Assembly: GCF_000008665.1 (NCBI RefSeq)
Contig: NC_000917.1
Location: 810,001 to 842,000 of the forward strand
Length of the DNA stretch: 32,000 bases
Direction of reading: 5' to 3'
From: Archaeoglobus fulgidus DSM 4304
GTDB lineage: Archaea; Halobacteriota; Archaeoglobi; Archaeoglobales; Archaeoglobaceae
Shown piece by piece: positions 27,550 to 32,000 of this stretch (the first letter of the stretch is position 1; every line of letters starts with the position of its first letter). A program made the position numbers and the translations under genes. Under the pieces are notes generated by a model, which made no database searches, had not been told where the DNA came from, and worked only from the letters and a program-made list of their open reading frames with translations.

Positions 27550-28821
27550 ATGGCTAAGGAAAAGGAGCACATTAATGTTGCCTTCATAGGGCATGTGGAC
27601 CACGGAAAGAGCACTCTGATTGGAAGGCTGCTCTACGAAACGGGTGAGATTCCGGAGCACATCATCGAGAAAATGAGGAAAGAGGCTCAGGAGAAGGGCA
27701 AAGCCACCTTCGAGTTCGCGTGGGTCATGGACAGACTGAAGGAGGAGAGGGAGAGAGGAGTTACAATCGACGTAGCCCACAGAAAGTTCCAGACCGACAA
27801 ATACTACATCACCATCGTCGACTGCCCCGGCCACAGGGACTTCATCAAGAACATGATTACCGGCGCATCTCAGGCGGATGCAGCAGTTCTCGTCATGGAT
27901 GTCGTTGAGAAGGTGCAGCCGCAGACGAGGGAGCACATCTTCCTCGCAAGAACTCTCGGCATTAACCAGATAATCGTGGCTATAAACAAGATGGACAGAG
28001 TTAACTACGACCAGAAGGAGTACGAGGCTGCAAAGGAGGCGGTAAGCAAACTTCTCAAGATGGTGGGTTACAAGGTCGACGAGATTCCGTTCATCCCAGT
28101 TTCAGCCTACTACGGAGACAATGTTGCAAAGAAGAGCGATAAGACCCCCTGGTACAACGGTCCGACGCTGCTTGAGGCCTTCGACCTGCTCAAGCCACCG
28201 GAGAAGCTTGTTGATAAGCCGCTCAGAATTCCCATCCAGGACGTTTACTCAATCAGCGGTGTTGGAACGGTGCCTGTTGGCAGAGTCGAGAGCGGTGTGC
28301 TCAGAGTTGGAGACAAGGTCGTGTTCGAGCCTGCCGGCGTAAGCGGTGAGGTAAAGAGCATCGAGATGCACCACGAGCCCATCCAGGAGGCTTATCCGGG
28401 TGACAACATCGGCTTCAACGTTAGAGGTGTCAGCAAAAAGGACATCAGGAGAGGAGATGTCGCTGGCCATCCAGACAACCCGCCAACTGTTGTGAAGGAC
28501 TTCACGGCCCAGCTTGTGGTTCTGCAGCATCCCACAGCAATCACAGTAGGCTACACTCCAGTTGTGCACGCTCACACCGCCCAGATTGCCTGCAGGTTCG
28601 TAGAGCTGCAGAAGAAGATTGACCCGAGAACCGGCCAGGTTAAGGAGGAGAACCCGCAGTTCCTCAAGACAGGTGATGCAGCGATTGTCAAGCTTGAGCC
28701 AACAAGGCCGATGGTCATCGAGAGAGTCAAGGACATCCCGCCGATGGGCAGGTTCGCCATCAGAGACATGGGCATGACCATCGGAGCCGGAATGGTTCTC
28801 GACCTTACCCCAAGAAAATAA
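27550..28821 (+). CDS. tuf: Elongation factor 1-alpha
   Basis: 423 aa: [63 protein letters not shown]. Confidence 0.99.
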   Translation: MAKEKEHINVAFIGHVDHGKSTLIGRLLYETGEIPEHIIEKMRKEAQEKGKATFEFAWVMDRLKEERERGVTIDVAHRKFQTDKYYITIVDCPGHRDFIKNMITGASQADAAVLVMDVVEKVQPQTREHIFLARTLGINQIIVAINKMDRVNYDQKEYEAAKEAVSKLLKMVGYKVDEIPFIPVSAYYGDNVAKKSDKTPWYNGPTLLEAFDLLKPPEKLVDKPLRIPIQDVYSISGVGTVPVGRVESGVLRVGDKVVFEPAGVSGEVKSIEMHHEPIQEAYPGDNIGFNVRGVSKKDIRRGDVAGHPDNPPTVVKDFTAQLVVLQHPTAITVGYTPVVHAHTAQIACRFVELQKKIDPRTGQVKEENPQFLKTGDAAIVKLEPTRPMVIERVKDIPPMGRFAIRDMGMTIGAGMVLDLTPRK

Positions 28822-28842
28822 CTTTATTTTTTTGGTGGTCTC

Positions 28843-29163
28843 ATGCCGATAAAGGGTCCAAAGGCGAGAATTAAGCTCTCCGGCCTGAATCCAAGAGAGC
28901 TGGACAGAATTTGCAGCCAGATTAAAGAGATTGCCAACAAGACCGGCGTCGAGCTCAGCGGTCCCGTTCCGCTCCCAACGAGAAGGATGGTTGTGCCTGT
29001 GAGAAAGGCTCCCGACGGAGAGGGCAGCGAAACGTGGGACCACTGGGAGATGAGGGTTCACAAGAGGCTGATAGACATCTCCGCCGACGAGAGGGCACTG
29101 AGGCAGATTATGAGGATTCAGGTTCCGAGAGACGTGAACATTGAAATAGTCCTCGAATCCTGA
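28843..29163 (+). CDS. rps10: Small ribosomal subunit protein uS10
   Basis: 106 aa: [60 protein letters not shown]. Confidence 0.98.
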   Translation: MPIKGPKARIKLSGLNPRELDRICSQIKEIANKTGVELSGPVPLPTRRMVVPVRKAPDGEGSETWDHWEMRVHKRLIDISADERALRQIMRIQVPRDVNIEIVLES

Positions 29164-30084
29164 ATGTTATTTAAAATCACTTTTCTTGGCACTTCTGGCA
29201 CAATTCCAAGTGTTGAGAGAAATTCTCCTGCTATTTTTGTTCAATTTGGCGGGCAAAGAATGCTCTTCGACTGCGGTGAGGGGACGCAGAGGCAGATGAT
29301 GATTGCCAAAACCGGTTTCAGAAACCTCGACAACATATTCATCACCCACCTACACACCGACCACTTCATCGGGCTTTTCGGGCTGATTGAGACCATGTCG
29401 CTGAACGAAAGAAGCAGGGAGCTGAACGTTTACTCGCCAAGGGCTGAGGTGCTAAGGGCTCTCTTCGAGGCCTTCGGCTACGACCAGCTGAACTACGATA
29501 TCAGGGTGAGAGAGCTTAAGGATGGCGAGGAAGTGAAATTTGATGGATTTAAGGTTGTTGCCTTCAGAACGGAGCACATAGTCAAGAGCGTTGGCTACGC
29601 CATCATTGAGAACGACAGAAGGGGAAAGTTCAACAGAGAGAAGGCGGAGAAGGAGCTTGGAATCCCTCCCGGGCCGCTTTACGCAAAGCTCGCCAGAGGA
29701 GAAAGCATAGTCTGGAAGGGGAGGACAATAACTCCGGACATGGTTCTGGGTGAGAAGAGGAGGGGCAGAAAGGTCGTTTACACAGGTGACAGCAGGCCGA
29801 CAAAGAGGACAGTTGAGATTGCAAGAAATGCGGATATCCTCATCCACGATGCCTCATTCAAAGAGGAGTTGAAGGACTGGGCTATCGAAAGCGGGCATTC
29901 CACGGCGAAGGAGGCTGCCGAAGTTGCAAGAGAGGCGAACGTGAAAAAGCTGATACTTACTCACATCAGCACCCGCTACTCCAAAGACGCCTCTCCACTG
30001 CTTGAAGAGGCAAAGAAGGTGTTTGAGAACACGATTATCGCTGAGGATTTTATGAGCCTTGAGGTCACCTTCGATGAGAGCTAA
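29164..30084 (+). CDS. rnz: Ribonuclease Z
   Basis: 306 aa: [70 protein letters not shown]. Confidence 0.97.
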   Translation: MLFKITFLGTSGTIPSVERNSPAIFVQFGGQRMLFDCGEGTQRQMMIAKTGFRNLDNIFITHLHTDHFIGLFGLIETMSLNERSRELNVYSPRAEVLRALFEAFGYDQLNYDIRVRELKDGEEVKFDGFKVVAFRTEHIVKSVGYAIIENDRRGKFNREKAEKELGIPPGPLYAKLARGESIVWKGRTITPDMVLGEKRRGRKVVYTGDSRPTKRTVEIARNADILIHDASFKEELKDWAIESGHSTAKEAAEVAREANVKKLILTHISTRYSKDASPLLEEAKKVFENTIIAEDFMSLEVTFDES

Positions 30085-31163
30085 ATCACGCCAAGCTCGG
30101 AAAGTCTCTCCGGAAGATAGACATCGGTAACGTAGTCCAAACCGTACTTTGCCAGGGCCTGCTGCTCTGACTTCTTGTTTATCTCGAGCTGCAGGTTTAC
30201 CTCCTTCTTCCAGAACTCGGAGTCAAAGCGTGGGTCGGTAAGAATGGCGTTGAGAGCTTTGATGTCTTCCTCCGTAAGCTTGTCAGCTGGCAGGTCATAC
30301 TTGACGATGTCCGTCGGCCTTATTCCGACAAACTGCGCAGCTGGGGTGGCGAGATACTCGGAAAGGTGGGCGGATTTGATGCTTCCGTAAGCTACGCTGG
30401 CGAAGATTCTGTAGCTCCAGGGGTCGCCATCGGTGAAGACAACAACCGGCAAATTTAGCTCAGTGTTGAGCCTCCTGAGTAGCCTCCTGGTGCTTCTCGC
30501 AGGCTGGCCCTTCAGATGGACTATGATTGCATCGTACTTCTCATCAAATCCGTTCTCCACAAGCCTGTCCCTCATACCGCCGGTTTCAATGGCGATGACG
30601 AACTTGGCGTCGTGGTCAACGAACTCAATCTTGTCCACATTGACAGGAATCTGGTAACCTCCCTCTCCGACATCATCCTGGCAGTGTATCTCCCTCACTC
30701 CTCTTCTTGTCTCTTCCCTGACTCTCAGAGGGCCGATGACGGTGGCACCATCTTCCTCAGGGCGGATGTGAAAGTGCTCCCTCTGGAAGTTCGTAAGAAT
30801 TTCGAGGTCCTCAACAAGCCTGTCGCTCTCCGGCTGCTCTTCAAACTTCGCCGCCCCCCAGCCCTCAGAGATGTAGTAAAGCTCTCTGAGGGTTGAGGAC
30901 TTGTTGAGGTTAAGCTGCTCCTTGAGGAAGCCGATAACATACGTCATCTTGAGGATTCTGTACGCACCCTTAACGGTTTTAGCCGACCTTACGGATTTCC
31001 TGTCACCGTAAACCCAAACCTCACTTTCCTCATTAAACTCGATGTTGTACTTGGTTCTCGTTGCAATGTGAAGCTCGGGAACCTGCCCAGCCTTCATCTG
31101 GTCGTATATGTTCTGAACTATACCGATTAAAGCCCGCAAGCATCTCCGCTCTATCTCTTTCAT
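30081..31163 (-). CDS. top6A: Type II DNA topoisomerase VI subunit A
   Basis: 360 aa: [13 protein letters not shown] (Spo11-like catalytic Tyr), [15 protein letters not shown] and [13 protein letters not shown] (Toprim). Confidence 0.97.
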   Translation of the reverse strand: MKEIERRCLRALIGIVQNIYDQMKAGQVPELHIATRTKYNIEFNEESEVWVYGDRKSVRSAKTVKGAYRILKMTYVIGFLKEQLNLNKSSTLRELYYISEGWGAAKFEEQPESDRLVEDLEILTNFQREHFHIRPEEDGATVIGPLRVREETRRGVREIHCQDDVGEGGYQIPVNVDKIEFVDHDAKFVIAIETGGMRDRLVENGFDEKYDAIIVHLKGQPARSTRRLLRRLNTELNLPVVVFTDGDPWSYRIFASVAYGSIKSAHLSEYLATPAAQFVGIRPTDIVKYDLPADKLTEEDIKALNAILTDPRFDSEFWKKEVNLQLEINKKSEQQALAKYGLDYVTDVYLPERLSELGVI

Positions 31164-31215
31164 TAAAAATGCATTATCGCAACGGATTTATAGCCCTTAC
31201 CAATAACTCAATCTG

Positions 31216-31560
31216 ATGCTCTACATCAATTCGTTTCTTGACAGAATGGGAGAGATTATTAGAGGAGAAAAGAGCGTTGAGGAGGCGGACAAGCTTTTAG
31301 ACCAGAAAAACATCTTTGAAATGTTCAGGAGTGACTGCGAGGAAATATTAAACCTTTACAAAAGCGGTAAGGCTGAGAAAGAGGAGGTTCAGAGAAACTT
31401 CTACCTCCTCAAAACGTACGTTGTTTCCCAGCTTTCGATTCACTTCGAAAGATTGAAGGAGTTCGCCGAAAGCAAGGGTTTCAAAATTGAAAAGAAGCTT
31501 GATCCCGAAGTGATAAACGAAATAGCTCTCTACATCGACAGAGTAGAGAAGGAAGTATGA
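31216..31560 (+). CDS. Conserved-looking hypothetical helical protein coupled to surE
   Basis: 114 aa ORF; stop overlaps surE start in ATGA (31557-31560). An alternative start is ATG 31246 (MGEIIRGEK). Confidence 0.7.
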   Translation: MLYINSFLDRMGEIIRGEKSVEEADKLLDQKNIFEMFRSDCEEILNLYKSGKAEKEEVQRNFYLLKTYVVSQLSIHFERLKEFAESKGFKIEKKLDPEVINEIALYIDRVEKEV

Positions 31561-32000
31561 AAATCCTCTTAACTAACGACGACGGGCTTTACTCCGCCGG
31601 ACTTAAAGCCGCTTATGACGCGTTGAGCGAGCTTGGGGAGGTTTTTGTTGTAGCCCCAGCAGTGCAGAGGAGCGGTGTTGGGAGAAGCCTTTCCATAATG
31701 GAGCCGATAAGGGTTTCGGAGGTTAAAGTAAACGGGATGAGAGTTTTTGCGGTTGACGGCACCCCCACCGACTCAGTAATCATTGGAATGTACGAGGTAA
31801 TCGGAGAGATTCCCGATTTAGCGGTCAGCGGAATTAATTTAGGGGAAAATCTCTCAACAGAGGCCGCTACAACCTCAGGCACTGTTGGCGCAGCGCTTGA
31901 AGCAGCAACCCACGGAAGCAAAACCATAGCCATCTCCCTGCAAATGCCTGACGTGAGCAAGTTCGAGCTGACGAGCAAGGCCGATTTTAGCTTTGCATCC
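31557..32000 (+). CDS. surE: 5'/3'-nucleotidase SurE, partial (runs off window)
   Basis: MKILLTNDDGLYSAGLKAAYDAL...VVAPAVQRSGVGRSLS...VSGINLGENLSTEAATTSGTVGAALEA; open to the window end. Confidence 0.96.
   Translation, partial: MKILLTNDDGLYSAGLKAAYDALSELGEVFVVAPAVQRSGVGRSLSIMEPIRVSEVKVNGMRVFAVDGTPTDSVIIGMYEVIGEIPDLAVSGINLGENLSTEAATTSGTVGAALEAATHGSKTIAISLQMPDVSKFELTSKADFSFAS

Noticed and set aside
28249-29061. 270-aa minus-strand ORF over tuf and rps10
   Set aside because: Antisense to two unmistakable conserved genes and spans their intergenic gap; no recognisable protein motif.
1-32000. CRISPR arrays, tRNA/rRNA genes, insertion sequences, toxin-antitoxin or defence systems
   Set aside because: Looked for in the intergenic spaces and ORF products; gaps are short, and no regular repeats, cloverleaf-like segments, transposase or defence motifs were seen by eye. 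A tRNAscan/CRISPR finder run would be needed to exclude them formally.

Overview
This is a compact archaeal chromosomal window made up mostly of housekeeping genes. Gene content, TATA/RBS context and a remembered gene order suggest an Archaeoglobus-like genome; this is inference, no search was run. I can support about 36 coding features: partial hydantoinase A-like, MFS transporter, DUF169-like, dapB, dapA, rps17e, a cell-surface protein with a cohesin-like domain, DsrE-like, SUI1/eIF1-like, a putative RsbRD_N-like protein, glyS, cofD, radical SAM, YfcE-like phosphoesterase, aspS, a 58-aa ferredoxin absent from the ORF track, a membrane protein next to an M48 peptidase, a PaaI-type thioesterase, archaeal phosphopantothenate synthetase, HAD phosphatase, pyrF, two tandem moeA genes, ADP-forming acyl-CoA synthetase, ilvE, ACT protein, homoserine dehydrogenase, prepilin/preflagellin peptidase, tuf, rps10, rnz, top6A, a hypothetical gene and partial surE. 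I found no convincing new defence or mobile system, CRISPR array, tRNA or rRNA. The best second-look items are: (1) a chimeric pseudogene at 13430-14700 joining the N-terminal part of a glutamate dehydrogenase to an amidohydrolase, with at least five frame disruptions and an apparent 3' internal deletion; (2) a one-base frameshift near 17760-17765 splitting the gene for archaeal phosphopantothenate synthetase, which should be important for CoA synthesis; (3) a cohesin-like domain in a membrane-anchored surface protein upstream of rps17e; (4) tandem moeA genes, the second fused to a periplasmic-binding-protein-like domain.
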